A DNA stretch of 46,386 nucleotides, from contig CAMWTG010000001.1 of NCBI GenBank assembly GCA_947177115.1, positions 1-46,386 on the forward strand, in the 5' to 3' direction. The stretch comes from an uncultured Clostridia bacterium (lineage in GTDB: Bacteria; Bacillota; Clostridia; Oscillospirales; Oscillospiraceae). The stretch's first letter is position 1, and every line of letters starts with the position of its first letter. A program made the position numbers and the translations under genes. A model generated the notes under the pieces. The model was not told where the DNA came from. It searched no databases and saw only the letters and a program-made list of their open reading frames with translations. Shown here in pieces: positions 26,842 to 35,275 of the stretch.

Positions 26842-27201
26842 TCAGTCCCACTCGATTTCCCCGCCGTTCTCCTCAACGAGGCGGCAGAGCGTTTCCTCCC
26901 CCTCGATCAGGGAGCGGATGATCTCCTCAAAGCGTCTTGCCCGGGCCTCGTTCTCCGGCGAGAGGGGCCAGTGGACCACGCAGGAACCCGCCTCCGGGTC
27001 CGGGTCCAGGCCCTCCAGGACATCGGGATCATATTCCTCCAGGTAGTACCGGAACAAAACGTCCCAGTTGTATCCGTTCATATAGGCGTCCGGGCAGAGG
27101 GCCTCCAGCTTTTCCCCCAGGGCCATGATCTTCGGATCCTCCACCGCAAAGGAAACGGACACATCGTTTTGATAGGTATAAAGCGATACATAATCTGCCA
27201 T
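26842..27201 (-). CDS. Small acidic protein, Imm51-like (polymorphic-toxin immunity family) by recollection
   Basis: 119 aa with a strong SD (AAGGAG). The core NGYNWDVLFRYYLEEYDPDVLEGLDPDPEAGSCVV resembles the NGYDW...FDPEAG core I recall for Imm51 proteins. Same GC content as its neighbours. Confidence 0.4.
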   Translation of the reverse strand: MADYVSLYTYQNDVSVSFAVEDPKIMALGEKLEALCPDAYMNGYNWDVLFRYYLEEYDPDVLEGLDPDPEAGSCVVHWPLSPENEARARRFEEIIRSLIEGEETLCRLVEENGGEIEWD

Positions 27202-27301
27202 GTTGAAACTCCTTCTTTCTGGCTGTCCCTTATCGGATCATCTTTTATATATCCCACAGCCGGACCGGTGCGGTCCTCTGCCAGCGTTTTGGGGAGCCGC
27301 G

Positions 27302-28327
27302 TCAGAACTGCTCCAGGAAGCGGACATCGTTCTCAAAGATCAGCCGCAGATCATCGATCCTGAACCGGCGCAGGGCCAGCCGCTCCAGTCCAAGGCCGAA
27401 AGCCCAGCCGGAGTATACCTCCGGGTCGATGCCGCTCATCTCCAGCACCCGGGGATGGATCACGCCCGCGCCCAGCAGCTCGATCCAGCCCTCTCCCTTG
27501 CAGGTGGGGCAGCCCGCGCCGTTGCACTTGTGGCACTGGATGTCCATTTCGCAGCTGGGCTCGGTGAAGGGGAAGTGGTGGGGACGGAAACGGGTCTTGG
27601 TGCCCTCGCCGAACAGCTTCTCCGCCACCGTGTTCAGGGTGCCTTTAAGGTCCGCCATCGTCACGCCCTTGTCGATGACCATGCCCTCCACCTGGTGGAA
27701 CATGGGGGAGTGGGTGGCGTCCACCTCGTCCTTCCGGTATACCCGGCCGGGGGCCACGATGCGGATGGGCAGGGTCATGGAATCCATGGCCCGGACCTGC
27801 ATGGGGCTGGTCTGGGAGCGGAGCATCACCCGGCTGTCCTCATCGAAATAGAAGGTGTCGGACCAGTCCCGGGAGGGGTGGCCTTCCTCGGCGTTGAGGC
27901 GGTCGAAGTTGTAGACGGCCAGCTCGATCTCCGGGCCGTCCAGGACGGTGAAGCCCATGCCGATGAAGATGTCCTTCAGCTCGTCCAGGGCGATGTTCAT
28001 GGGGTGCTGGTGGCCCAGGGACACGGCCTCGCCGGGGATGGTCACATCCACGGCCTCGGCCTTCAGCCGCAGCTCCAGGGTGGCGGCTTCCAGCTTCTGG
28101 GAGCACTCCGTCAGGGCGTTTTCCAGGGCGGCGCGGACATCGTTGGCCAGCTGGCCCATGACAGGGCGCTCCTCGGGAGAGAGCTTGCCCATCATCTTCA
28201 GCACAGCGGTCAGCTCGCCCTTTTTGCCCAGGTACTTCACCCGCAGGGCGTCCAGCCGGTTGGCGTCCTTTGCGCCTTCGAAGGCGGCAAGCGCCTCGGC
28301 GCGGATCTTTGCTAGTTGGTCTTTCAT
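27302..28327 (-). CDS. pheS: Phenylalanine--tRNA ligase alpha subunit
   Basis: Class II aaRS motifs (HPMN..., FRPHHFPFTEPS, GAGVIHPRVL). The ATG at 28327 (MKDQLAKI) has SD AAGGAG. The track's 27-codon extension is rejected. Confidence 0.95.
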   Translation of the reverse strand: MKDQLAKIRAEALAAFEGAKDANRLDALRVKYLGKKGELTAVLKMMGKLSPEERPVMGQLANDVRAALENALTECSQKLEAATLELRLKAEAVDVTIPGEAVSLGHQHPMNIALDELKDIFIGMGFTVLDGPEIELAVYNFDRLNAEEGHPSRDWSDTFYFDEDSRVMLRSQTSPMQVRAMDSMTLPIRIVAPGRVYRKDEVDATHSPMFHQVEGMVIDKGVTMADLKGTLNTVAEKLFGEGTKTRFRPHHFPFTEPSCEMDIQCHKCNGAGCPTCKGEGWIELLGAGVIHPRVLEMSGIDPEVYSGWAFGLGLERLALRRFRIDDLRLIFENDVRFLEQF

Positions 28328-28364
28328 ATTCGGTAACTCCTTTGCATAGATGAGATTTTCAGGA

Positions 28365-28820
28365 TTAGTCCAGCCGGAGGACATGGCAGGTGACTGGAAA
28401 TGCTTCATTACCCGGCATCCGGCCAGAAACGGTTTCGATCAGGTGAAAGCCGCAGCGCTCATAGAGCCGTCGGGCCGGATCATTGCCGGCCAGCACCTCT
28501 ACGGTAACGGGATGCTCCAAGCGCTCTAGGGCATCCCGCACAAGCCGGGTCCCCACGCCCCGGCGGGACAGGGCCGGGTCTACATACAGCCAGGCCAGCT
28601 CGTTCTCAGCGAAAGCGGAAAATCCTGCAGCAGTCCCCTCCAGGCAGGCTACCCGCAAGGTATAATCAAATAATCCCTCGTTCTCCGCAACAATTGCCAG
28701 GGGGAGAAACGCGCTTTCCAGTCCCGCCAGACGCAGCTCGTTCTGCCGGGCGGTATCGTGGATGGTCTGGAGCCTGGGCCAATCTCCTTTGCGATAATCG
28801 CGAACAGCGATTGCCTCCAT
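28365..28820 (-). CDS. GNAT-family N-acetyltransferase
   Basis: 151 aa from the ATG at 28820 (MEAIAVRDY). Acetyl-CoA motif LYVDPALSRRGVGTRLVRDAL. It lies between the T-box terminator and pheS. Confidence 0.8.
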   Translation of the reverse strand: MEAIAVRDYRKGDWPRLQTIHDTARQNELRLAGLESAFLPLAIVAENEGLFDYTLRVACLEGTAAGFSAFAENELAWLYVDPALSRRGVGTRLVRDALERLEHPVTVEVLAGNDPARRLYERCGFHLIETVSGRMPGNEAFPVTCHVLRLD

Positions 28821-28836
28821 TTCGTATCCTTTCCAT

Positions 28837-29072
28837 AAAAAACGCCCTCCGTCCCACAACTTGGGGACGAAAGGCCTCACCTTCCGCGGTACCACCCGCA
28901 TTCGCGCCCGATGGCGCGCACTTGAAAACCCCTGTAACGGTGGGCTTCCGTCCCGCTCTCGCGGGCCGCTCCCGGGCGAACCAAGCGGCACGCGCCGGGG
29001 CGGCTCTCAGCCGGTGGCCGCCCCTCTCTTAGACTTCGCAAACCCGCTATTTTCCCGTTCCTCGCATTTTGC
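28837..29072 (-). promoter_or_regulatory. T-box riboswitch leader, probable Phe specifier (UUC)
   Basis: Read on the minus strand: AGAGA box; distal loop CCGGCUGAGAG; UUC followed by G at 28978-28980; T-box sequence GCGGGTGGTACCGCG (28885-28899); and a terminator CCTTTCGTCCCCAAGTTGTGGGACGGAGGG plus TTTTTT (28837-28875). Confidence 0.85.
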
Positions 29073-29079
29073 TCTTTCC

Positions 29080-29108
29080 TTTATAGCATACCAAAACGCT
29101 TTTGACAA
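29080..29108 (-). promoter_or_regulatory. Sigma-A-type promoter for the T-box/pheST operon
   Basis: Minus strand: TTGTCA (29103-29108), 17-nt spacer, TATAAA (29080-29085). Confidence 0.55.
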
Positions 29109-29407
29109 GCCCTTTTTTAGAAAATACAGAAGGAAATTCTGGTCTACATAGACCTGCACGCGCCATTACCGTATCATTGCCGTCCGAAGCTCCATGCGGT
29201 CTCCGGCCCTGCCGCCGTCCGTCCGGAGGGGGCCTCCCCGGGAAGACTTCCGGGGAGGTCATTGTACCGGTCCGCGCCGCGGCAGAGTTCATTTTGGAAG
29301 ACCGCTCTTGCAATTTCCCCTGATTCGTGATACTGTTTTTCCATCCTGTTATTTGCAAGACGCCGTTGGCTTCTGTCCGGCGGCGGGGACGGAAGGGAGA
29401 CAGAGAC

Positions 29408-30352
29408 ATGAACCTGTTTTTTATTTTGGGCTGCGTTGGGCTGGCGGGATGCCTGATCGCGATCCTTCTGACGCTGCTTTTTCACGCAATGGGCAGATCC
29501 AAGATCATCCCGCTGCTTGTATACCTGCTGAGTTTTGCGCTGTTTATCGGCGGCGGGTTCCTGTATGCCCACCCCGATGCCGTCCCGGTACTGGGCGGGT
29601 CCGATGAGCAGCAGGCCGATGCCCCGGCGGAGCCGGACAAGGCCGGTGATGAGGACGGACAGGCCGGCTGCGGGGAGGAACAAACCGGCGGTGAAGAGTC
29701 CCAGACCGGGGATGAAGACCGGCCCCAGGACGAGGCCGCAGCCTCCGGCGAAGGGTATGCTGTCACATATACCAATGCCGAGATATTTACCGATAGCATC
29801 GGGACCATATGGTGTCAGGTGATTGCGGAGATCGAAAACACGGGGGATACCGATCTGTATCTGTCCTCCGGCAGCTACGATCTGGAGGACGGGAACGGAA
29901 AACTGATCGCCAGCAAGTCCCTGGTCCCCGCCTACCCCCAGGTGATCAGCCCCGGCGAGAAGGCCTACATGTACGAGGAGACGACTCTGGACAATGAAGT
30001 GAGCGGAAAGGCCACGGTGATCCCCCGGCCCTCCGCGGCTCCCGCCTCCGTGGCAAACATCCGGTTCATCACCACGGATGTGGAGCTCTCCTCCGACAGG
30101 TACGGCTCCCTGAAAGCCCTGGGCCGCGTGGAGAACAACACCGGCGAGGACAGCGAACTGACCTATGTGGTGGTGATCCTGAAAAACGGGGAGGGCACGC
30201 CTATTGGGCAGATGTCCACCATCATCAACGGTCTGGCGGCCGGAGAGAAGGTGGGGTTCCAGGCGTCCGCCTTTTCCCTCCCGGAGGACATCACCCTTGA
30301 TGACGTTGCCGGTTATGATGTTTATGCCTATCCCCTGCAGATGCAGTTCTAA
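29408..30352 (+). CDS. Membrane-anchored secreted protein with an acidic linker and two Ig-like (DUF4352-like) repeats
   Basis: From the ATG at 29408 (MNLFFILGCVGLAGCLIAILL) there are two N-terminal TM segments and a D/E/Q/G-rich linker. Two similar modules then follow (ENTGDTDLYLSSGSYDLEDGNGKLI / ENNTGEDSELTYVVVILKNGEGTPI). Confidence 0.6.
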   Translation: MNLFFILGCVGLAGCLIAILLTLLFHAMGRSKIIPLLVYLLSFALFIGGGFLYAHPDAVPVLGGSDEQQADAPAEPDKAGDEDGQAGCGEEQTGGEESQTGDEDRPQDEAAASGEGYAVTYTNAEIFTDSIGTIWCQVIAEIENTGDTDLYLSSGSYDLEDGNGKLIASKSLVPAYPQVISPGEKAYMYEETTLDNEVSGKATVIPRPSAAPASVANIRFITTDVELSSDRYGSLKALGRVENNTGEDSELTYVVVILKNGEGTPIGQMSTIINGLAAGEKVGFQASAFSLPEDITLDDVAGYDVYAYPLQMQF

Positions 30353-30471
30353 GAACGGGCCGTGCCGCCGCTTTTTGCCCGAGAAGTCTTTTCATTTTTC
30401 GGCATATGTGTTATACTGGTCAGCGGATGATGCAAAAGACACTATATTTTTGAAGAAAGAAGGAAAACGAC

Positions 30472-31188
30472 ATGCCTACTCCCCACAATTCAGCCAATCC
30501 CGGTGATTTCGCCAAGACCGTCCTGATGCCCGGCGATCCCCTCCGGTCCAAGTTCATTGCCAACACCTTTCTGGATGATGCCAGACTGGTCAACAACGTC
30601 CGGGGCGTCCAGGGGTACACCGGGACCTATAAGGGCGTGCCCGTCTCCGTCATGGCCTCCGGCATGGGGATGCCCTCCATGGGCATTTACGCCTATGAGC
30701 TGTTCCATGACTACGGCGTAGAGAACATCCTGCGCATCGGTTCCGCCGGGGCCATCAGCAAGAAGCTGAAGCTCCGGGACGTGGTGGCCGGGCAGGCGTC
30801 CTGCACCGATTCCAATTTTGCCCACCAGTACGGCCTCCCCGGCCAGTTCGCGCCCATCGCCGACTTCACGCTGCTGGAGACCGCCGTGGCCGCCGCCCGG
30901 GAGATCGGGGTGGAGATGCCTGTGGGCAGCCTGCTCTCCTCCGATGTCTTCTACGATGCATCCAATTCCACGCTGAAATGGGCGGAGATGGGGGTGCTGG
31001 CGGTGGAGATGGAGTCCGCCGCCCTGTATATGACCGCTGCCAAGCTGGGCAAGCGGGCCCTGGCCATCTGCTCTATCTCCGACAGCATCGTCACCGGCGA
31101 GGCACTGGACGCCGACCAGCGGCAGACCAGCTTCACCACCATGATGAAGATCGCCCTGGAGACCGCCGTAAAGATGGCGGAGAAGTGA
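30472..31188 (+). CDS. deoD: Purine nucleoside phosphorylase, DeoD type
   Basis: MPTPHNSANPGDFAKTVLMPGDPLRSKFIA...GVPVSVMASGMGMPSMGIY, the typical DeoD sequence; 238 aa. Confidence 0.93.
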   Translation: MPTPHNSANPGDFAKTVLMPGDPLRSKFIANTFLDDARLVNNVRGVQGYTGTYKGVPVSVMASGMGMPSMGIYAYELFHDYGVENILRIGSAGAISKKLKLRDVVAGQASCTDSNFAHQYGLPGQFAPIADFTLLETAVAAAREIGVEMPVGSLLSSDVFYDASNSTLKWAEMGVLAVEMESAALYMTAAKLGKRALAICSISDSIVTGEALDADQRQTSFTTMMKIALETAVKMAEK

Positions 31189-31216
31189 GATTTATGCAAT
31201 AAGGAGGATCTCTGCT

Positions 31217-31831
31217 ATGACCATCACCTGGTTGGGACATTCGTGCTTTATACTGGAGAGCGGCGGCTTCCGGGCGCTGCTGGACCCCTACCATGAGGTC
31301 CAGGGCCTGCCCGATGTGGAGGCGGAGGCGGACGCCGTCTATTGCAGTCACGACCATTTTGATCACGGCTATACCGAGAAAGTCCGCCTGACCTCCGGTA
31401 AGGAAAATCCCTTTGCCGTCAGGGAGATCCAGACCTTCCACGATGACCAGGGCGGCGCCCTGCGGGGAGGCAATGTGATCCGTACCTTCACCGCCGAAGG
31501 GCTTACCGTGGCTCACCTGGGGGATCTGGGCCACCCGCTCAGCCCCGCGCAGCTGGCGGAGCTGGGCCGCTGCGATGCGGCGCTGATCCCGGTGGGCGGC
31601 TTCTACACCATCGATGCCGCCGGGGCCAAGGCGGCGGCGGACGCCATCGGCGCGCGGGTCGTGATCCCCATGCACTACCGGAAGGGGGAAGTTGGTTTCG
31701 ATGTACTCTCTGCACTGGAGGACTTCACCGGGCTGTATCCCGGGGAGCTGGTAAAGGAGTATCCCTCTAACACCCTGACCTTGACCGGAGACACGCCACG
31801 GCAGGTGGCCGTGCTGGCGCTGGCGGAATAA
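31217..31831 (+). CDS. MBL-fold metallo-hydrolase
   Basis: ITWLGHSCFILE and SHDHFDH (HxHxDH-type motif); 204 aa. Confidence 0.8.
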   Translation: MTITWLGHSCFILESGGFRALLDPYHEVQGLPDVEAEADAVYCSHDHFDHGYTEKVRLTSGKENPFAVREIQTFHDDQGGALRGGNVIRTFTAEGLTVAHLGDLGHPLSPAQLAELGRCDAALIPVGGFYTIDAAGAKAAADAIGARVVIPMHYRKGEVGFDVLSALEDFTGLYPGELVKEYPSNTLTLTGDTPRQVAVLALAE

Positions 31832-31842
31832 GAAAAACAAGG

Positions 31843-31876
31843 AGGAGAGCCGGAATTGGTCCGGCTCTCCTTTCTG
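31843..31876 (+). terminator. Terminator between convergent genes
   Basis: 11-bp stem aggagagccgg/ccggctctcct with a 7-nt loop, followed by TTCTG. Confidence 0.6.
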
Positions 31877-31877
31877 C

Positions 31878-33167
31878 TCAGCGGCCTGCAGGGGCAGTGC
31901 GGAGCTTTTTCTCCTCCCGCTTGATCTTATATAACTCCTCGGTGGCAAAGCTCAGCTTTGTCACCACATTCTGCTTAGTGGGATAACAATAAAGGCTGTC
32001 GTTGCCGGTGGAGATATCCACGCAGTCATCGGGCCGGACATAGCAGTAGTCGTACTCGATATGCAGCCCGTACATCCCCAGCGGCGGCCGGTGGATCCGG
32101 TAGGGGGTCCCGTTGTGCTCCCCTTCCACCACGAAGCCGTCTTCCATGTCGTGGATCAGCCGCGCCTTCCCCAGTTTCTGAAACCGCCAGGCGTTGGGCA
32201 GGGAGAACACCTCCACCTCGTCCTCAAACCGGTACGTTCCCGCCTCCAGCTGGGCCCGGACCTGGGCGCGCTCCCACTCGAACCAGTCCGGCGGGTAAGC
32301 AAACTCCGTTTCCCCCTCTCTGGCGTGGAGGATCCCCAGCTCGTCCAGCTCCCACTCTTTGCCGCAGGCGGCGCAGCGCAGGACGGTCCCGCGGCTCTCC
32401 ATCCGGCTCTCCGTCAGGCAGCGGGGGCACTGATAAAGGACCTTGTGCAGGCCCTCCGCCCGGAAAGGCTCGGTAATGCGGATATTGTTCTCCCGCTGCC
32501 AGCGGTATTCATCGTAATCCATGGCCTGCCGGATAACCTCGCCGATCTCGGAGGCGGACTTCTCCGCTACGTCTCCGGCAGTGAGCACCTGGGTCATGGT
32601 GGTGTAAAGAGGGACTTTCCGCGGTTTGCGGTAGTTCCAGAAGGGGGTATGAAGATAATTGCCGTGGTGGAGCAGCACTACTACAGGGACCCCCTGCTTT
32701 TTCACCAGTTTTTCCAGGGAATCCGGCAGGATAGCCGTGGTGCCGATGGGGGAATACCGGGCTTCCGGATACATACACAGAATGTCGCCATAGTCGTGCA
32801 AAACCTTTTTCACCGAACGCAGCAGGGACATATCCGTGGTGAACTTCCTCTTGCACAGGCAGCCCAGCCACTCCATGATAAAGGGCCTGCGGTAGTAGCC
32901 ATCGATGGTGGCGATATTGTTGACGGAATGGGGCCAGGTGGCGATGGAGCAGAGGTGAAAGTCCACGAAATACATGTGGTTGCTCAACAGGATGTAGGGA
33001 GGCTTCAGCCCCTCCATATTGATCTTCTCGATTTTATATGCCTGTCCCATCATGCTCATGCCACACAGGGCCCGGAGGACAGCGGTGAAAATTTTCCGCT
33101 GGCGCAGGGGCGGCCTGGCGGTATCATAGCGCTTGAGATTGCCGTAGTTGACATCAATGCTCTCCAT
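31878..33167 (-). CDS. Lysophospholipid (PlsC-family) acyltransferase with a C-terminal Zn-ribbon-containing extension
   Basis: HX4D motif LLSNHMYFVDF, and CPRC...CAAC in the C-terminal half; 429 aa. Confidence 0.7.
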   Translation of the reverse strand: MESIDVNYGNLKRYDTARPPLRQRKIFTAVLRALCGMSMMGQAYKIEKINMEGLKPPYILLSNHMYFVDFHLCSIATWPHSVNNIATIDGYYRRPFIMEWLGCLCKRKFTTDMSLLRSVKKVLHDYGDILCMYPEARYSPIGTTAILPDSLEKLVKKQGVPVVVLLHHGNYLHTPFWNYRKPRKVPLYTTMTQVLTAGDVAEKSASEIGEVIRQAMDYDEYRWQRENNIRITEPFRAEGLHKVLYQCPRCLTESRMESRGTVLRCAACGKEWELDELGILHAREGETEFAYPPDWFEWERAQVRAQLEAGTYRFEDEVEVFSLPNAWRFQKLGKARLIHDMEDGFVVEGEHNGTPYRIHRPPLGMYGLHIEYDYCYVRPDDCVDISTGNDSLYCYPTKQNVVTKLSFATEELYKIKREEKKLRTAPAGR

Positions 33168-33291
33168 AATGGTTCTCCCTCCCGCCGAAACACACCTCCG
33201 GCAGCTGTTTTTGTCTTTTCTACCAGTTTACCATAGAAATAACCGGAAAGCAAACCCGGTTTTTGGTAATTTCCTTCTGTATTTTTTAAAA

Positions 33292-33461
33292 GGCCCGGGA
33301 CAGGGAAATCAATTTTCAGGAAATAATACCCTATTTGTAGGGCCAGATGTCCTCATCAGGCCGTTTTAAGGGAAGAGCGGCAGTTCCAGCAAGACGGGCC
33401 GATGGGGACATCGGCCCCTACAACACCGTTCTCTGCAAAAATTGATTTCCGTTGGCCCGGG
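33292..33461. repeat. Composite palindromic repeat (inverted arms flanking an inverted REP pair)
   Basis: Arms ggcccgggacagggaaatcaattttcagg (33292-33320) and ctgcaaaaattgatttccgttggcccggg (33433-33461). Inner REPs lie at 33337-33363 (degenerate) and 33395-33421. Confidence 0.75.
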
Positions 33462-33470
33462 AAAAAATTC

Positions 33471-33500
33471 TTGACACAGACGAGCAGGACGTGCTATAAT
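33471..33500 (+). promoter_or_regulatory. Sigma-A promoter
   Basis: TTGACA (33471-33476), 18-nt spacer, TATAAT (33495-33500). Confidence 0.7.
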
Positions 33501-33506
33501 GCGAAC

Positions 33507-33790
33507 CAAGCAATTTTCTCAAACGCATGGAAGGCGTTAAGTCAATGCGGGCCCCTCTCAGAGAACCGGCGGATGGTGCGAGCCGGGGAGGGCTGGATTG
33601 GCGGCTGGCGCCGGAGCGGGACGTCCCAAAGAGCTTTTCCGGTAGGGCGTCACGGGCCTGCCTCCGTTATACGGGCAGGGGCTTGCTGGAGCCCTTTAAG
33701 TGCGCGTCTGTACAGGCGCGAAACCGGGTGGTACCGCGGTGAGAAGTCATCGTCCCGGGAGCAGGTTCTGCTCCCGGGACGTTTTATTTT
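33507..33790 (+). promoter_or_regulatory. T-box riboswitch leader (specifier possibly CUG/Leu)
   Basis: AGAGA box at 33559-33563; distal loop with GGAUGGUGCGA; T-box sequence GGGTGGTACCGCG (33726-33738); terminator cgtcccgggagcaggttctgctcccgggacg plus TTTTATTTT (33751-33790). The CUG+G at 33605-33608 sits just 5' of the closing helix, as UUC+G does in the Phe leader. This specifier assignment is tentative. Confidence 0.8.
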
Positions 33791-33834
33791 GCCCGGCAGG
33801 ACCGGAAAACCATTGCAAAAAGGAGAACAAAGCT

Positions 33835-35241
33835 ATGAGAACCATTGAAATTTCCGATGTGACCCTCCGCCTGGCCGAAGGCGTTGGCGTCCTCAGCTTC
33901 AAAGAGCGGGTGGAGGCCGCCCGGACTCTGGACCGCCTGGGGGTGGATCAGATCGAGCTGCCTGTCCTGAAGGACGGCAAGGGGGATGTACTGCGCAACA
34001 AGACCATCGCCTCTGTGGTATCCTCCGCCCGGCTTTCCGCCGCAGTGGGACTGACGGAGGAGAGCATAGAGGCGGCCTGGGAGAGCATCAAGTCCGCCCG
34101 CCAGCCGGTTTTGCACATTATGCTCCCCGCCTCCTCGGTGCAGATGGAGTACCTGTGCCACAAAAAGGCTCCGGCCATTCTGGAGCTGGCCAAGACGCTG
34201 GCGGCCAGGGCCCGGTATTTCACGGAGCATGTGGAATTTTCCATTCTGGACGCCACCCGGGCGGAGAAGGACTTCCTCCATCAGCTGACCGCCGCCGCTC
34301 TGGAGGCCGGCGCGGAGGCGGTAACGGTCTGCGACTCCGCCGGGATCATGACGCCGGATGAGTGCGCGGCCTTTGTCCGTGAGCTGCTGGAGGCGGTCCC
34401 CGGCCTGGAGAAAGTCCGGCTTGGGATGGAGCTCAGCAATGGGATGAAGATGGCGGCGGCCTGCGCCGCTGCCGCCGTGGACGCGGGCGCGGCGGTTATT
34501 AAGGCCGCCATAACTCCCCTGGACGTACCCTCCACTTTGGATCTGGCGGCATACCTGTCCGCCCGGGGAGAGAGCAAGGGCCTGCGGTGGAATCTGCGGG
34601 GAACGGAGCTGACGAGAGCTGCGGGCCAGCTGCAGTGGATGATGCAGACCCAGCGCAGCGGCGGCTCCCCCTTTGACAGCGGCGTGGACGACACGGGGAG
34701 CACGATCTGCCTTACCGCCGGGGACGGCATTGAGGAGATGGTAAAGGTGGTGCGCCATCTGGGGTATGACCTGACCGAGGAGGACCACGCCAAGATTTAC
34801 GAATCCTTCCAGCGCATTGCGGCAAAGAAGCACTTTGTCAGCGCCCGGGAGCTGGACGCCATTGTAGCCAGCGCGGCCATGCAGGTTCCGTCCACTTATC
34901 GGATCGTGAATTATGTGATCACCTGCGGGAACATGACCTCCGCCATGGCAAACCTGACCCTGGAGAAGGACGGGGAGAAGCAGCAGGGCGTGTGCGCGGG
35001 GGACGGCCCTATCGATGCGGCGTTTCTGGCTATCGAGCAGATCATCGGCCATCACTACGAGCTGGCGGACTATCAGATCCAGACGGTCACCGAGGGCCGG
35101 GAGGCTATGGGCTCCGCCCTGGTGAAGCTTCGCTCCAATGGGAAATTGTATTCCGGGAATGGGATTTCCACCGATGTGATCGGGGCAAGTATCCGGGCCT
35201 ATATCAGCGCCCTCAATAAAATCGTATACGAGGGGAACTGA
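33835..35241 (+). CDS. LeuA/2-isopropylmalate-synthase-family protein lacking the canonical catalytic motifs
   Basis: 468 aa from the ATG at 33835 (SD AAAGGAGA). It has a TIM-barrel-like N-half and a clear LeuA-dimer-type C-terminal domain (DGPIDAAFLAIEQIIGHHYELADYQIQTVTEGREAMGSALVKL...GISTDVIGASIRAYISALNKI). However, DVTLRLAEG replaces DTTLRDGEQ, and MELSNG sits where HxHND is expected. Confidence 0.7.
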   Translation: MRTIEISDVTLRLAEGVGVLSFKERVEAARTLDRLGVDQIELPVLKDGKGDVLRNKTIASVVSSARLSAAVGLTEESIEAAWESIKSARQPVLHIMLPASSVQMEYLCHKKAPAILELAKTLAARARYFTEHVEFSILDATRAEKDFLHQLTAAALEAGAEAVTVCDSAGIMTPDECAAFVRELLEAVPGLEKVRLGMELSNGMKMAAACAAAAVDAGAAVIKAAITPLDVPSTLDLAAYLSARGESKGLRWNLRGTELTRAAGQLQWMMQTQRSGGSPFDSGVDDTGSTICLTAGDGIEEMVKVVRHLGYDLTEEDHAKIYESFQRIAAKKHFVSARELDAIVASAAMQVPSTYRIVNYVITCGNMTSAMANLTLEKDGEKQQGVCAGDGPIDAAFLAIEQIIGHHYELADYQIQTVTEGREAMGSALVKLRSNGKLYSGNGISTDVIGASIRAYISALNKIVYEGN

Positions 35242-35244
35242 GCT

Positions 35245-35267
35245 CTGCCGCCGCCTGGCGGCGGCAG
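35245..35267 (+). terminator. GC-rich hairpin after the LeuA-like gene
   Basis: 10-bp stem ctgccgccgc/gcggcggcag with a 3-nt loop. The T tract is weak and displaced. Confidence 0.4.
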
Positions 35268-35275
35268 GAGCTGCT

